64,000 bases of DNA from Octopus vulgaris (GCA_951406725.2 OX597833.1:39060001-39124000); one strand, 5' to 3'. Counted from the stretch's first letter, positions 13,364 to 27,558 are shown. Notes: a model not told the origin generated them from the letters alone. A program made the numbers and translations.

Positions 13364-14017
13364 TTAATAACTTACCAACTTATCAAAAATCGATTTTATT
13401 CTTCTCACGAACATCAACTCTGTGGGTGACTTTTCTGAATTTGTACTTGGATTGGGGGTTACTCTATATACCCTTAAGAATTTTGTTAGTGCTTCATTGT
13501 TACTTAATTTGTTCCTAGCTTTTCTTAATGCACTTTTGAACATGTCCATGAATCTTTCTACCTGCTCATTTGACATCGGGTGGTAGGGTGGAGTGAAAAT
13601 ATGCATTATTAAGTGCATTTTACAGTTGAATTCATACTCCAAGAATTGTGTTCCATTATCAGAAACTATTATGTCTGGAACACCGTATTGTGCATACAGG
13701 AATTTTATAGTTGTCTTAGCAATTGGTTTATTGCACCTGCATGCCTCTGGCCACTTTGTACAGCTGTCTACCATGATTAGATAGTAAGCACCATTCACCA
13801 GTCCAGCACAGTCAATATGTAACCTAATCCATGAGTTCTCAATCTCCAGCCATGATTGATATTTTACCAGCGGGACTTTGGCTGTGTGCATGCAACTTTG
13901 ACAAGTTCTCACAAAAGTTTTGATATCTTGGTCCATAGTTGGCCAATAGATGTAACTTCTCATCAGAGCTTTCATCCTTGACATTCCTGGGTGTCTGCTG
14001 TGGAATTGCTGCAACAA
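13364..14017 (-). pseudogene. Gypsy integrase remnant
   Basis: HHCC (H-SR-HPG...CQSC), RLHID, VSDNGTQF, PPYHPMSNEQVER. Confidence 0.92.
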
Positions 14018-14383
14018 ACATTTCTGTAATGTAGTCGGTACTACAACTCTTTAGACATACATCAGAATATCATCACTTATTGAGAAACTACTTGAATTTG
14101 TATTTTCATTCTGCTTATTTTTTAAAGCTTCTTTCATTTTTGTAATATCTCATTGTATACAGATTTCATTCTTATATCTTGTGCAGTCTCTGGCAGTTCT
14201 TGGATAACATTAGCCATAATACTTTTTATTTCAATTTCTGCCTGCAGTGTGGCTATCATGGTAAATTCTAGTGGTTCCATATTTTTGACAGTCCACATGA
14301 CAGTCTGCATGACCAATTTTTTTTCTTTTTGAAGGAATATACTACATTTTGAAATTGTAATTTAGTAATATTATACCTCAATG

Positions 14384-14887
14384 TTATAGTCGGTTCACTG
14401 TATGGGTGGGTAACCCTTTCTTTGACCCATAAATTGATATCAATGGTTGATGATCTGTTTGTAACAGAAAAATTTTTTTCACAGCAAAGATAATCGATAG
14501 GGCTTCTTTTTCTATCAGACTGTATTTTTTCTCTGCCGCTATCAGTAAGTGCAAAACAGGATTCACTGGTTTCGTACTTCCATCTTTATACACGTGTAGC
14601 AAAGCTGCTCCTGTTCCATTCTCCAAAGTATCAGATGCTACAGCAATTCTGCAATTAGAATTTGTTTTTATTTCTTCAAACACGTTTTGGCATTTAACCA
14701 ACCAATTCCACTTTACTTCCTTTTTTAATAAGTCATTCAATGGAGCTCTTAATTTGTGCACATTAGGAATATAGTTTTGGTTGTAGTTTGCCAACCCAAG
14801 AAATGCTTGTAATGTTGGTATATTTGTTAGAGCAGGCATATTCTTTATTGCCTCTGTCTGGGATAGGACGTCTACTATTTTAATCAT
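14384..14887 (-). pseudogene. Gypsy RT-connection/RNase H remnant
   Basis: LQAFLGLANY, VASD, YSLIEKEALSIIFAVKK, TDHQPL. Confidence 0.92.
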
Positions 14888-14909
14888 TTATTTGCCCTAA
14901 CTACCTAGT

Positions 14910-15500
14910 TTAAGGCAAAAAGAATTTGCATTTTTCTTCACTCGAAGTGAACCTGTACTCTTTAATTTTTATGAACACAGGTTTTATATACTCCACATGC
15001 TGTTCACATGAATTATTCTTTGTCAATATATCATCCAAATAAGGGATTGCAAATTCACAATCAGATAACATAGCGTCCATGATTTGCTGAAATATTGCTG
15101 GTGCAACCTTTAATCCAAAAGGTAACCAGGTATATCTGTACAATCCTCTATGTGTATTTATTGTCAGATACTTTGAGCATTTGTCATTCACTTTAATCTA
15201 TGAATAAGCATCAGACAGATCCAATTTTGAGAAAATTTTTACACCATTTAATTTTGCAAAATAATGTCCCCTGGAGTTGGAAGTGGATGATGGCATGACT
15301 TTAAGCAGTTGTTGAATCCTGTAGAGAAATCGGCACACAGCCTAATCTTTTTTTAATGCGCACCATGGTTACCGCCCACTAAGAGCTATCCACCTTTTTG
15401 ATGATTCCAGTCTTTTCCAGTCTGTCCATCTCTTCATTTACAATTTCAATTGCCGTGAACGGCACTTTTCTGCTAGATTTAACTAAAGGCACAATGTTTT
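14910..15500 (-). pseudogene. Gypsy reverse transcriptase remnant
   Basis: INTHRGLYRYTWLPFGLKVAPAIFQ and YLDD; upstream part frameshifted. Confidence 0.92.
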
Positions 15501-15649
15501 CACTTACTTGAAAGCAGGCTTCAGTCTCTCTACATAGACTTAAATCCTCTGATAACACTTACAGGAACATTTTTTCCAATTTTTAACTTCAGTTCTTCCG
15601 AAGACTTATTTGTAATGCGACAATCATTTATGTTATTGCAGTAAAGAGT

Positions 15650-15960
15650 TATGGGGAGGTGCCATAAATCGAATAGTTCTAACCAATCTGTGCCAAACAG
15701 ATTGATTGTATTATCCACAATGAATAATTTTGCTTCATGTTTCTCTCTTCAAAATGTGACGTTGATATGTGTTTCGCCCATGAAATGTAATTTATTGCCT
15801 GTTACACCATGCACTGTTTATGCTATTTTATGTAACCTCGGTTTCCTGATTTTTCTCAATGTATCCATATTTATGATTGAAATATCGCTACCCATATCCA
15901 ACTGTAGTTTAATATTTGCACCATTTATTTTTACGTGTATGAATTTTCTTGTTTTTGTGT
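15650..15960 (-). pseudogene. Gypsy aspartic protease remnant
   Basis: IKLQLDMGSDIS at about 15912-15878 (decayed DTG motif); NLFGTDW downstream. Confidence 0.75.
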
Positions 15961-16029
15961 TGCTTTCATTTTCTGCTGAAAATAGCTTAGAACTTTTTGT
16001 GTTTGACCCTTGTAATTTTGTCCTGCAGT

Positions 16030-16907
16030 GTGAGCTCTTGTGACCAAGTTTCTATAGCATTTTTGGTTTTTAAATGGACACTCTTTTCTGAAGTGTAGGC
16101 CTCAACATCCGTAACATGAGTTGGGACCTGGCACTCTTTTGTGGTTGTACTTCTGAGTCAACACATCTTTATTTTTGCTGAATCTTTCTCCTGAATTTTT
16201 TTCACATTGTACATCAAGTTTACCATTGTTTGACATTCATCTGCAATGGTCTGTAGGGTTAAGTCTTGGTTTGCTTGCTCCATTTTTGAGAGAGGCCTTG
16301 CCTGAATTTGTCTATTTCCAGTTACTGTAAAGCCTTGAATGAAGATAAGGAATTTAAACCTATCCTGAGTGAGTTCCTGAAGTTTAAAGTTTTCATGCAT
16401 ACAGTTGACTACTTCAGCATATGTAATAAAGTCATCATCGTCATTTTTTGTTAAGTTCCAACATTCCATTTGAGTATTAAATAACGAACTTTTGTCACAA
16501 AAGATCTTTGATAGTAATTCAATAATTCCTTGGAAACCAATCTCACTCGATTTTTGGGGCAATATAAAGTTACAGTAGCATCTATGCTCGGCCAGAGCTG
16601 CCTTATGTAGTAATAGCCTCACGTTCTCCTCATCTGACAATGACTTGCAATCCTTGTTAAACATTTCCTCATACCTTCTATAATACACAGGAAACATAAT
16701 ATCCTCCTCTGGATTATAAGTGAATTCATATATAGAGTTGCCACGCTGTCTGGTGTAAATGAACTTACCAAATTTTCGGATTACCTGGACTGTAACTAAA
16801 TAAACTGTTGTTGTTGTTGTTGTTGTAATATTTGCTTCTGCAACTCCTGTAGTTGTTTCTGTTGCTTCTCTTGAAGCTGTATTACTGCAGCTAAATAGGT
16901 TCTCCAT
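16030..16907 (-). pseudogene. Gypsy gag remnant
   Basis: EFTYNPEEDIMFPVYYRRYEEMF typical of K02A2.6-like gag; decayed CCHC knuckle CYGC*GLHFRKEC near 16120-16078. Confidence 0.82.
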
Positions 16908-16991
16908 AATTTAATAATTTGTATGATGCACAAATTGTCAAATAATCTACATGAGCTTTGAAAAATCCTGGTTGCCACATGTTATATCCTT

Positions 16992-17270
16992 CATTATCAT
17001 CATCATCATCATCATCGTTTAATGTCCGCTTTCCATGCTGGCATGTGTTGGACGGTTTGACTGAGGGCTGGTGAGCCAGAGGCTGCACCAGGCTCAATCT
17101 GGTCAAGCAAAGTTTCCACAGCTGGATGCTGCCCTTCCTAACGCCAACCACTCCGATAGTGTAGTGGGTGATTTTTTACATGCCACTGGCACGAGGGCCA
17201 GTCAGGTTGTTCAGGCAATGACCACGCTCATGCTCAAAAGGTGTTTTACATGCTACCTGCATAGGAGCCA
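16992..17270 (-). mobile_element. RTE LINE 3' tail inserted into the Gypsy 5' LTR
   Basis: TSD ATCCTT at 16986-16991 and 17271-17276; (CAT)n tail. Confidence 0.88.
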
Positions 17271-17559
17271 ATCCTTACACCTCCTATATCATAGTATGGT
17301 TGATATTGTTGGTGATAGATAAAGAATACACTGTAACAGTGTTATAACAATACAAAATAGAAACAAGGGCAGTAACAAACACATAACGAACCAACGATCA
17401 ATATTTCCAACACACTAACTCGAATTGTAAACTGTACCTGGACCTGGACTTTGAAGACCAAACTATGAACTGCTGTCTACATCAGACCACTACTATTTAT
17501 ATGAAGTGGTCCAGTCTATTCTCATCAGAGGGTGTCATACTCTTGCCACAACACATATA

Positions 17560-17599
<40 letters not shown>

Positions 17600-17600
<1 letters not shown>

Positions 17601-18005
17601 AATACTAAGAAGCTATCAGAATCATTAGCATACCTACAAAATGCTGCTAAGCATTTTGTGTGTCTTTACAATCTTCTTTCAAATACCACCAAGGTTGGCT
17701 TTGTTTTTCATATATTTGAGATCGACAAAGGAAGAACAACCTGAGTACTGAATTTAGTCTTGGGCCAAAATTTGTAACCATTAAAGGTGGTGAGTTGGCA
17801 GAGCTGTTATCATGCCTGACAAACATGCTCAGCAGCGTTTTGCATGTCTTTAGTTCTGAGTTCAAATCATGCTGAGGTCAATATTACCTTTTATTCTTTT
17901 GGGCTCAATAAAATATGTACCAGTCAAGTACTGGGTTTGATGTAATCAACTTACCACCTGCCCTAATATTTCAGGCCTTGTGCCTATAGTAAAAAGGATT
18001 ATCAT
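17600..18005 (+). mobile_element. Two tandem SINE family A copies
   Basis: Heads at about 17605 and 17783; core and tail motifs present. Confidence 0.75.
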
Positions 18006-18024
18006 TATTATTATTGCCGCTCTA

Positions 18025-18200
18025 TATTTAAAAGATGAGGTATTATGTACATTATTTACATTATTTACATTCGACGGATATTTGTCCTCATCTTGTTTGT
18101 TGTTAACACAACGTTTTGGCTGATATACCCTCCAGCCTTCTTTAGGTGGCTTGGAGAAATTTTGAACTTGGGTTCTCATTCCTAAGGTATTTTTCGATGT
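18025..18200 (-). mobile_element. Short repeat with a decayed hammerhead motif (putative Penelope-like pLTR fragment)
   Basis: Minus strand CAC-CTAAAGA-A-GGCTG-loop-CAGCC-AAAA-CG-TT-GTG at 18149-18106. Confidence 0.5.
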
Positions 18201-18383
18201 TATTATTATTATTGTTATTATTATTATTATTGTTAGTGTTCAGGTCACTGCTTGGAATCAAACTCGGAATCTTGGGGTTAGTAGCCCGCGCTCTTAACCA
18301 CTATGCTATATGCCCGTGGGCATATAATTATTATTATTATCATTGTTATTATCATTGCTATTATTATTATTATTATCATTATT

Positions 18384-18436
<53 letters not shown>

Positions 18437-18450
18437 CATTATTATTATTA

Positions 18451-20343
18451 CTTTTTTTCTCTTCTTTCAAATTTGCATCCATTTCTTGCCGAGTGTCTTC
18501 CCGACTCCTAGGGCAAAGAAACTCATAGTATACATTGGTAGGCCATTAAACCAAACTCAGTAGTTCGTTCATTTTTTTTTTTTTTAAAGTTAAATTAAAA
18601 TACATGAGCAGCAACAGTTCTCACATTGACAATGCTCTTCTCAATACGTGTGATGTACCAGTTAAGACAATCTTTTGCACTTCTTGCAGGGATGGTAAGC
18701 CAGGGATCATTCTCATATAATTTTTGGTTCCCTTCTTGATCATTCCTAGTGCTCCTACGATCACTGGTATTGTAACCGCCTTGAGATGCCACATTTTCTC
18801 AATTTCAATGAGTAGGTCTTTATATTTTCTGAGCTTGTCAAACTCTTTCGCTGAGATATTATGATCACAGGGGATGCTCATGTCGATCAATAAGCAAACT
18901 TTATTGTTTTGGTCTTTCACAACAATATCTGGTTTATTGGCCTTGATGGTTCGGTCTGTATGTACTGGAAAGTCCCACAGAATGGTTACATTTTCTCCTT
19001 CAGTTACAGCCTCAGGGTGGTGATTATACCACTTGTCGGCAGTTTTGATATTGTAATGCCGACTTATTAGCCAGTGGAGATATTGGCCAACTCTGTCATG
19101 TCTTAATTTATACTCCACTGGTGCTAAGACTTTACATCCAGAGATTAGGTGGTCCACTGTTTCAATCATGTCGTTGCAGAATTGGCATTTTGGGTCTGCT
19201 CCATTTTTCATCACATTGGCTTGGTAGTTCCGGGTTAATAGGCTTTGATCTTGAGCAGCCAGGATGAAACCTTCGCTCTCTGCTTTTAGCCCTGAGCTCC
19301 GTAGCCACTGATGGGTTTGCTTCTGGTCAACATCAGCTTGTTTGCTGCGGGTCACATATTTGCCGTGCAGAGGTTTCTCCTCCCACCTATCAGCCAATTG
19401 CTCGTGCGCTTTCTTCATTGCCATCATTTTCACCTTCTTTGCAACAATAGTTGCCGTACTTCCCTCGGGTTGTTCAGTTTGGGTATCCTGCACGAGATCA
19501 ATAGCAAATTTTTTGCTTTCCTTTATGATAGAATGAAGCTTCTTTCGTCTCTCGTGATTTTCCACGAGCTTTAGCATCCAGTCATTCGATATTTCGAGAT
19601 ATTTGGCCAGTCCAATTGTGGTTGTTTTGTAAGCTAGTTCAAATTGGATCAGGCCTCGACCTCCTTGGGCTCTGGGAAGGTAAAGGCGATCTACGTCTGC
19701 CTTTGGGTGGTGCATCCTATTACAACTCAGCAGCTTGCGTATTTTTCTATCTATATTCTTTACTTCACTCATATTCCAGTTCAACACATTGTAGCTATAA
19801 GTAACAACTGGAACTGCTAAGGAATTTATAGCTAACACCTTGTTACGTGCATTTAGTTCAGATTTCAGGACTGCACGAACTCTCCTATAACATTCCTTCC
19901 TGATTTTCTCTTTCATGCTTGCATGCTGAATACCAGAGCCTTCATTTATCCCTAAATATTTGTATGTTTGTTCTTGCTCAAGCTCTCTTATGACTGTGTC
20001 AACATCTAACACGACTGAATTTGTGGTCTTCACTTTCCCTTTCTGGAAAGTGGCCTTGGCACACTTCTCAAGTCCAAACTCCATCCCGATGTCATCGCTG
20101 AATGCTTTCACGGTACGCAATAGGCCTTCAAGTTCATTATTGTCTTTACCATAAAGTTTTAAGGCATCCATATAAAATAGATGGCTTATTTTTTTATTGG
20201 CAATTTTATACCCATACCCTGTTCTGTTTAATTCACTTGTAAGGGGTATTAGGGCTATGCAGAATATTAAAGGTGAAAGTGAGTCACCTTGAAAAATTCC
20301 ACAGTTGATGTTTATATTTTCTGAGGCAAGTACTCCATTAGAG
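18451..20343 (-). mobile_element. R4/Dong-clade non-LTR retrotransposon, 5'-truncated
   Basis: RT motifs GIFQGDSLSP and FYMDA, CCHC knuckle CQFC-x8-H-x4-C, RHD, restriction-like endonuclease KPDIVV...IDMSIP...K; (TAA)n-type tracts on both flanks. Confidence 0.88.
18621..20342 (-). pseudogene. RT C-terminal half plus RLE endonuclease of R4/Dong-like LINE
   Basis: Frame stays open upstream of the 516-aa ORF to the truncation point; catalytic YMDD is YMDA here; N-terminus missing. Confidence 0.88.
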
Positions 20344-20458
<115 letters not shown>

Positions 20459-20469
20459 TACTATGAACT

Positions 20470-20659
20470 AAAAGAATCGTTAGTGTACTTGACAAAATGC
20501 TTTCACCCATTGCTACATTCTGAGTTTAAATTCTGTTGAGGTTGACTTTGCCTTTCATCTTTTCGGGGTCGATAAAATAAGTACCAGTTGAACACAGGGA
20601 TCGATCTAATTGGCTCATCCCCTTCTCCAAATTTCTGCCCTTCTGGCAAAATTTGAAAC

Positions 20660-20660
<1 letters not shown>
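20470..20660 (+). mobile_element. SINE family A copy
   Basis: GTTGACTTTGCCTTTCATCTTTTCGGGGTCGATAAAATAAGTACCAG core. Confidence 0.8.
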
Positions 20661-20707
<47 letters not shown>

Positions 20708-21019
20708 TATTATTATTTTATTTATTTATTTTTGTCTTTTTTTACCACTATCATCACTGCACTCCAGATACCACCATTAACATGACCACTACCATCACCA
20801 CCACTACCACCACCATCATCACCGCTATCCACCACCACCACCACTATAATCAATTTTGTTATGATTATATTATCTATCTATTTGCTCTCCTTTTAGCTAA
20901 TTCTAATCAATTTTCTCCATACTCTCCATTATATTTCTCTTCCAGCCTCACTTATCAATAACAACAACAACAACAATAACAGCAGCAACAATTAATCTTC
21001 CTTTCACTTTCTTCGAAGC

Positions 21020-21473
21020 CAATCTCTCTCTCTTTCTCTCCCTCTCTCTCTCTTTCTCTCCCTCTCTCTCTCTTCCTCTCCCTCTCTCTCTTTCTCCCCC
21101 TCTCTCTTTCTCTCCCTCTCTCTCTCTCTTTCTCCCCCCTATCTCTCTCTCGTTCTATCTCCCTCTCTCTCTCTCTTTCTCTCCCCATCTCTCTCTCTCC
21201 ATTCTATGTATTCCTCATCTGACTATCCCTATTTTGCATATTAATATCTCTCCTGCAATCCCTCTTGCTTATCCTAACATACAGGCACACACACACACAC
21301 ACACACATGCGCGCGTGCACACACACACACACACACACACGCGCCCGCGCACGCGCGCACACACACACACACACACATACACAAACACACACACACACAT
21401 ACACTCACTCACTAATTCACACTCAAACACCACACGTATATACTATATAAATATATATACTATATAAATATGT

Positions 21474-21509
<36 letters not shown>

Positions 21510-21650
21510 GTATATATTTAAATTTATATATGTATATATATAGATTTATATATATATTATACACATACACACACACACATATATATATATATACATACAT
21601 ACATACATACATACATACATACATACATACATGCATGCATGCATGCATAC

Positions 21651-21705
<55 letters not shown>
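21020..21705. repeat. (CT)n, (CA)n, (TA)n, (CATA)n compound microsatellite block
   Basis: Direct reading. Confidence 0.92.
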
Positions 21706-22370
21706 CAGTAACAAACTGAGGAAAAGAAATCCTTCAAAGGGGTGTGTTAAACATCCAATTCACTGATACGTCAGTTAGATACCATATATACATGCACAGG
21801 GAGGCATATACATAGAAACGTATACATAGAAATATATCCATGTATACACATCACTATATTTCTCTCACTCTGTCTTTTTTCACTTTACCCTTCTCTCTGT
21901 ATCTATCTTTCCCTTCTTTCCCCCACTCTCCCCCCCTCCCTGTTTCCATTCACTACCTTTCTTTCCTGTTCACTCCATCAGTTTTTATATACTTTCTCTT
22001 TCACTTTCACTCACACTTCTCTCTCACAATCCTTTAACTCTCTCTCTCTCTCTCTCTCTCTTCTTTGTACTGCTTATCTCATTCTCACTCTCCTCTATTT
22101 CTATAACTCTCACTGTCCCTCTTGCTTCTCTTCTGCTATCTTTCATTCTCTCTCATTCTCTCCCCCCCCCCCTATCTCTTTCTCTTTCTCTTTATCCATA
22201 TTTCATTTATCTAGACATCTTATTAATCCCCCCCTCACACACCCCCATCCTCACTGAACCTCTCATCAATCTGAAGAAAGTCTTAATTGTTCTCTTCAAG
22301 AAATTAAATGAGTTGATTAGAGTCATGTTGGCATGTCAGCTGAACATGTGTTTAATGTACTGTGTATGTG

Positions 22371-22415
<45 letters not shown>

Positions 22416-22727
22416 TTGTGTGTGTGACTGTGTTTGCACAAGCAGAAGTGCATTTGGATTCACTAAATGGCAGATATTAGTACTCAAATACATCAAGAGG
22501 AGTTCATATGTGTATATATATATATATACACGTATGTATGTATATGTATATATAAATATATATATATATACACACACACATATATATATGCATATATACA
22601 CACATATATATATATACATACATATGTGTGTGTGTGATTGTATATATATATATATATAAATGTTTTAAGTATTTCTTGAAACCAAAACAATGCAGGTAAA
22701 AAAAAGAAACTGAGTTACAAGTAGTGC

Positions 22728-23603
22728 CGTAATGAAGAAATGATGCTAGTATGTTCTGCTGGATGTGTAATATCAGTGTGCATACTCGACAGAGTGTAAG
22801 TGCCCTGAGAGGAAAGTTGGACATAGGAAGCATCAGATGTGGTGTGCAAGAGAGAAGACTGCACTGGTATTGTCCATCACTACACATATGGATGAGGACA
22901 GCGGTGTGAAAAAGTGTTAGACCCTAACAGTGGAAGGAACCAGTGGAAGAAGTAGACCCAGGAAGACCTGGGATGGGGTGGTGAAGCATGACCTTCAAAC
23001 ATTGGGCCTCACAGTGGCAATGACAAGCGACTGATACCTTTGGAGATATGTTGTGCTTGAGAAGACCCAGCAAGCCAAGTGAGGCCTTAACCATGGACTA
23101 TGCCAGTGTTGCATATCTGGCCCATTTAAGAGTACCCTTCAATCATTGGGCAATATGCCGTGCTTGAGAAAACCTGTTGAGTCAAGTGAAATCATTGTCG
23201 TGGCCAGTGCCAGTACCGCATGACTGACACCCATGCTGGTGGCATGTAAAATGTACCATTCAAGCGTGGTCATTGCCGGTGCCACAACACTGGCTCCCAT
23301 GCAGGTGGAATGTAAAAAGCACCATATGAGTGTGGTTGATGCCAGTGCCACCAGACTGGTCCCATGTAAAAAAGCACCATTTGAACGTAGTTGTTGCTAC
23401 TGCCGTCTGACTGGCTCCCATACTGGTGGCATGTAAAAAGTACCCACTACACTCTTGGAGTGGTTGCCATCAGGAAGGGCATCCAGCTGTAGAAACCTTG
23501 CCAGATCATATTGGAGCCTGGTGCAACCTCCTGGCTTGCCAGTCCTCAGTCAAACTGTCCAGCCCATGCCAGCATGGAAAGTGGACGTTAGATGATGATG
23601 ATA

Positions 23604-23662
<59 letters not shown>

Positions 23663-23685
23663 AACGATGATGATGATGATGATAA
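22728..23685 (+). mobile_element. Older RTE LINE 3' fragment (ORF end, 3' UTR, (GAT)n tail)
   Basis: Colinear with 39475-39900 and 42270-42465; only about 3 UTR repeat units. Confidence 0.88.
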
Positions 23686-23921
23686 TAATATATATATATA
23701 TATAATAGATGTCTTTTAGTTTCTGTCTACCAAATCCACTCACAAGTATTTGGTTTGTTTGGAGATATAGTAAAAGACACTTGCTCAAGATGCCACCAAG
23801 TGGAACTGTACCTAGGTCCATGTGACTGTAAAGCAAACTTCTTACCATACAGCCTTGCCTATGCTATATATATATATATGTATACATTGCACACACACAT
23901 ACACACTCACAAACACACACA

Positions 23922-23966
<45 letters not shown>

Positions 23967-24595
23967 ACACAAAGGCACTGAGCTGTGAGCTGGCAGAATC
24001 ATTAGTATGACAGGCAAAATGCTTGGTGGCAGTTTGTTTGTCTTTATGTTCTGAGTTCAAATTCCGTCGAGGTCAGCTTTACCTTTCATACTTTTGTGGA
24101 TGATAACAAAAGTACCAGTTGAGCATACCTACACACACATACACATGAACACACACACTAGGCAAAATGCTGCATCATTCTACAAGTTAGATCTTGGGTT
24201 TTAGAAGTGATTCATAAAGAATAATCAGTTAATCTATTAATCTTCATGAACAAATGAACAATTCAGATACTGATCGATTTTTTTCTTTATATTATTTTAT
24301 CAAATTATATTTTTTCAAACGGCTGTCTTAGATTTCAATACAACATCAGTTCTTTTAACCACCAATATTTTATCAAACTCATAAACTCAAGCAGAGATTC
24401 ACTCACATATTCATACACATGTAGATCCGTAGCACAGTTTCTGTTTAAATAAATTCGACTCATTGTGCTAACAAGGCATTAGGGAAATTTAGGGTTTGAT
24501 AGAAGATGCTCTCCCAATGTTTTATCAGTGGGATCAGACTTGAGACTGAAAGTATGAAGATTGAATTTCTTTATATTTCAGCCATACCTATGCCT

Positions 24596-24630
<35 letters not shown>

Positions 24631-25671
24631 CAAACACACACACATGCACATATGCATGCACTCACACACACATTGCGGAGAATAAAGAGAATAAAATGGA
24701 TAGTATGTGTTATAGAGATGTATGTGTAAATAAAAGTGAAGCGATATGGAAAATGCTTTACAGAAAAGGACAAATAGACTTGGAATCCTCTCTTCAGCTG
24801 TAGGATCCAGAAACATTTTCATTTCCATTCTTCCTTTCCTAGGAACAATTCTCCGTTGCTTCTCAGTTTTATTTACATACAAGCAAGCACAAACACACAC
24901 ACACACACACACACACTAAAGTGTAGAGAAGTTAACTATCAACACATTTTCTTTATAAGTTTCCTGAAGAATTAGTCCTAACACTGAAATATTGAAATAC
25001 CAGAGAATAGTTCTAACTATCAACCTGTAATTTTTATATGCCACCAGCATTGCAGAATTCGAACTCAAAACCTAACAGCAGATGAAATACCGCTTAGCAT
25101 TTCACCCAGCATACTAATATTTCTGCCAGTTTGCCACCTTAATATAATATAATATAATGTAATAAATGTAAATGTGGGTGTGTCAGTGTGTCACACTTTT
25201 TCAACTTTACTCTTAGAGGCTGTAGCCCAACATATCATACCATTTTGGAATCAGGCTGACTCCATGAGTAAATTAAAAACATTCTGGGCTGAATCTGGAC
25301 CTGCAATCCTGAAATTTTGGATTCCTATACTTCCATTACTGTGATTGTTTTCAGTGATTTTTTGTGATGAATATGATCATCCTTGGGATATGACGCTGGA
25401 GGAAGCAATTGCAACAAATTCTCCAAAATAAGTCAGAGATCTGTTTGTAGATCTTCCCATTTGGGGTCAATTGCTTAAAAGCTGTATAGTTGTTTAAAGG
25501 CTGCCCGACAGTGCAGCTTTTAAGCTAGTATATATATATATATATGTGTGTGTGTGTAGACACACACACATGTATATAATATATATAATAGGTATATATG
25601 TATGTATATCTATATATATATGATGTGTGTGTGTGTGTCTGTGTGTGCATGTATATATATATATATATACA

Positions 25672-25979
25672 CTTAGTTGTTAGGGTATTTGGCTCATAAT
25701 CATAAGGTCATGAGTTTAATTCCCAGCGACGCATTGTGTCCTTGAGCAAGACACTTTATTTTGCTTTGCTCCAGTCCACTCAGCTGGCAAAAATGAGTAG
25801 CACCTGTATTCCAAACGGCCAGCCTTGTCACACTTTGTGTCACACTGAATCTCCTTGAGAACTACATTAAGAGTACCTGTGTCTGTTAGTGCTCAGCCAC
25901 TTGCACATTAATTTCATGAGCAAGTTGCTCTATTGATCATATCGGCTGGGACCCTCGTCATAATACCCGAAGGAGTGTT

Positions 25980-25980
<1 letters not shown>
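25672..25980 (+). mobile_element. SINE family C (tRNA head + CORE-like domain)
   Basis: B-box-like GAGTTTAATTCCC, TGTGTCCTTGAGCAAGACACTT; 3' part recurs at 34475-34635, head recurs inverted at 32165-32320 and 62660-62850. Confidence 0.75.
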
Positions 25981-26016
<36 letters not shown>

Positions 26017-26019
26017 TTA

Positions 26020-26515
26020 TATCATCATCATCATCATTTAACGTCCGCTTTCCATGCTAGCATGGGTTGGACGGTTCAACTGGGGTCTGGGGAGCCCGAA
26101 AGCTGCACCAGTCCAGTCAGATCTGGCAGTGTTTCTACAGCTGGATGCCCTTCCTAACGCCAACCACTCCGAGAGTGTAGTGGGTGATTTTATGTGCCAC
26201 CGACACAGGTGCCAGACGAGGCTGGCAAACGGCCACGCTCGGATGGTGTTTTTTATGTGCCACCGACACAGGTGCCAGACGAGGCTGGCAGACAGCCACG
26301 CTCGGATGGTGTTTTTATGTGCCACCGACACAGGTGCCAGATGAGGCTGGCAAACGACCACGATTGGATGGTGTTTGTTATGTGCCCACAGCACGGAGGC
26401 CAGTCGATGCGGTACTGGCTACGGCCACGTTCGGATGGTTTTCTTGTGTGCCACGTGCCACCGGCACTGGTACCACAAAGATACAAATTCCATTGATGTT
26501 CATCTATTTTGATTT
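26020..26515 (-). mobile_element. RTE LINE 3' UTR/tail with 3-4 tandem units of about 63 bp
   Basis: Unit ATGTGCCACCGACACAGGTGCCAGACGAGGCTGGCAAACGGCCACGCTCGGATGGTGTTTTT; (TA)n flanks. Confidence 0.88.
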
Positions 26516-26639
26516 GCTTTATATATGTATGTATATATATATATATATATATATATAAGGTTAATCCAAACGGGAAAACAGAAAAAACAACAACACGTGG
26601 AACAATTAAAGTATTATTATTAGGCGCTCAGGAAAAAGG

Positions 26640-26715
<76 letters not shown>

Positions 26716-26920
26716 GTATGTATATGTATGTTAATATATATATATTCACATATATATATATATTATGCAGATGCATATATATATAAATACATAAATATGT
26801 CTATATGTGTGTATGTAAATATATATGCCTACACAGATCTATCTATCTATCTATCTATCTATATCTATATATATATATACATACACATATAAATATACAT
26901 ATACATATATTTGAGGGTAA

Positions 26921-26980
<60 letters not shown>

Positions 26981-27494
26981 GTGTGTGTGTGTGTGTGTGT
27001 ACAAATATGTATATACATCATAATCATCATCCTCTTCATCAATGTTTTAATGTCCATTTTCCCATGCTTGCAGGGATGCACAAGTAGAACAAAATTAATT
27101 TTGGCTGATTTCCTATAGTCTGATTTTCTTCCTTTCTGCAACCTTTAAGTGTTTCTTAGTAAAGCAATATTTTTCTTACTCCCTCAATATAAAGAACAGC
27201 ACAATGATTGAGCATGTTTCCATGGAATATTGTGAATGAATTTCATTGCTCATGTGACAACAATGTCGATTTACATTTAGTGCATGATGTCAAGACAAGG
27301 AACCAAGAACACACACGTACATCCATTCTCATATATACATGCATATATGAGGGTAGCGGGGGAAAAGCCCATTGGCTGACTATGAAGGTGAGAGGCAAGC
27401 ACTGTGAAGTCTTGCATGCATTGATTACGACCGTTCTTATTAATAACCCTTAACCATACGGTTGGGAAACAAGCTTCTTACTACACAGCCACAC

Positions 27495-27554
<60 letters not shown>

Positions 27555-27558
<4 letters not shown>

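Larger units (their letters stand above)
12703..17553 (-). mobile_element. Ty3/Gypsy LTR retrotransposon (Mag/K02A2.6-like), full-length but decayed
   Basis: Direct-repeat LTRs at 12703-12987 and 16980-17553 (latter split by an insertion); TSD CATAT at 12698-12702 and 17554-17558; PBS-like TGGCAACCAGG after the 5' LTR; PPT AAAAGGGGAGA at 12998-12988; domain order gag-PR-RT-RH-IN. Confidence 0.93.
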
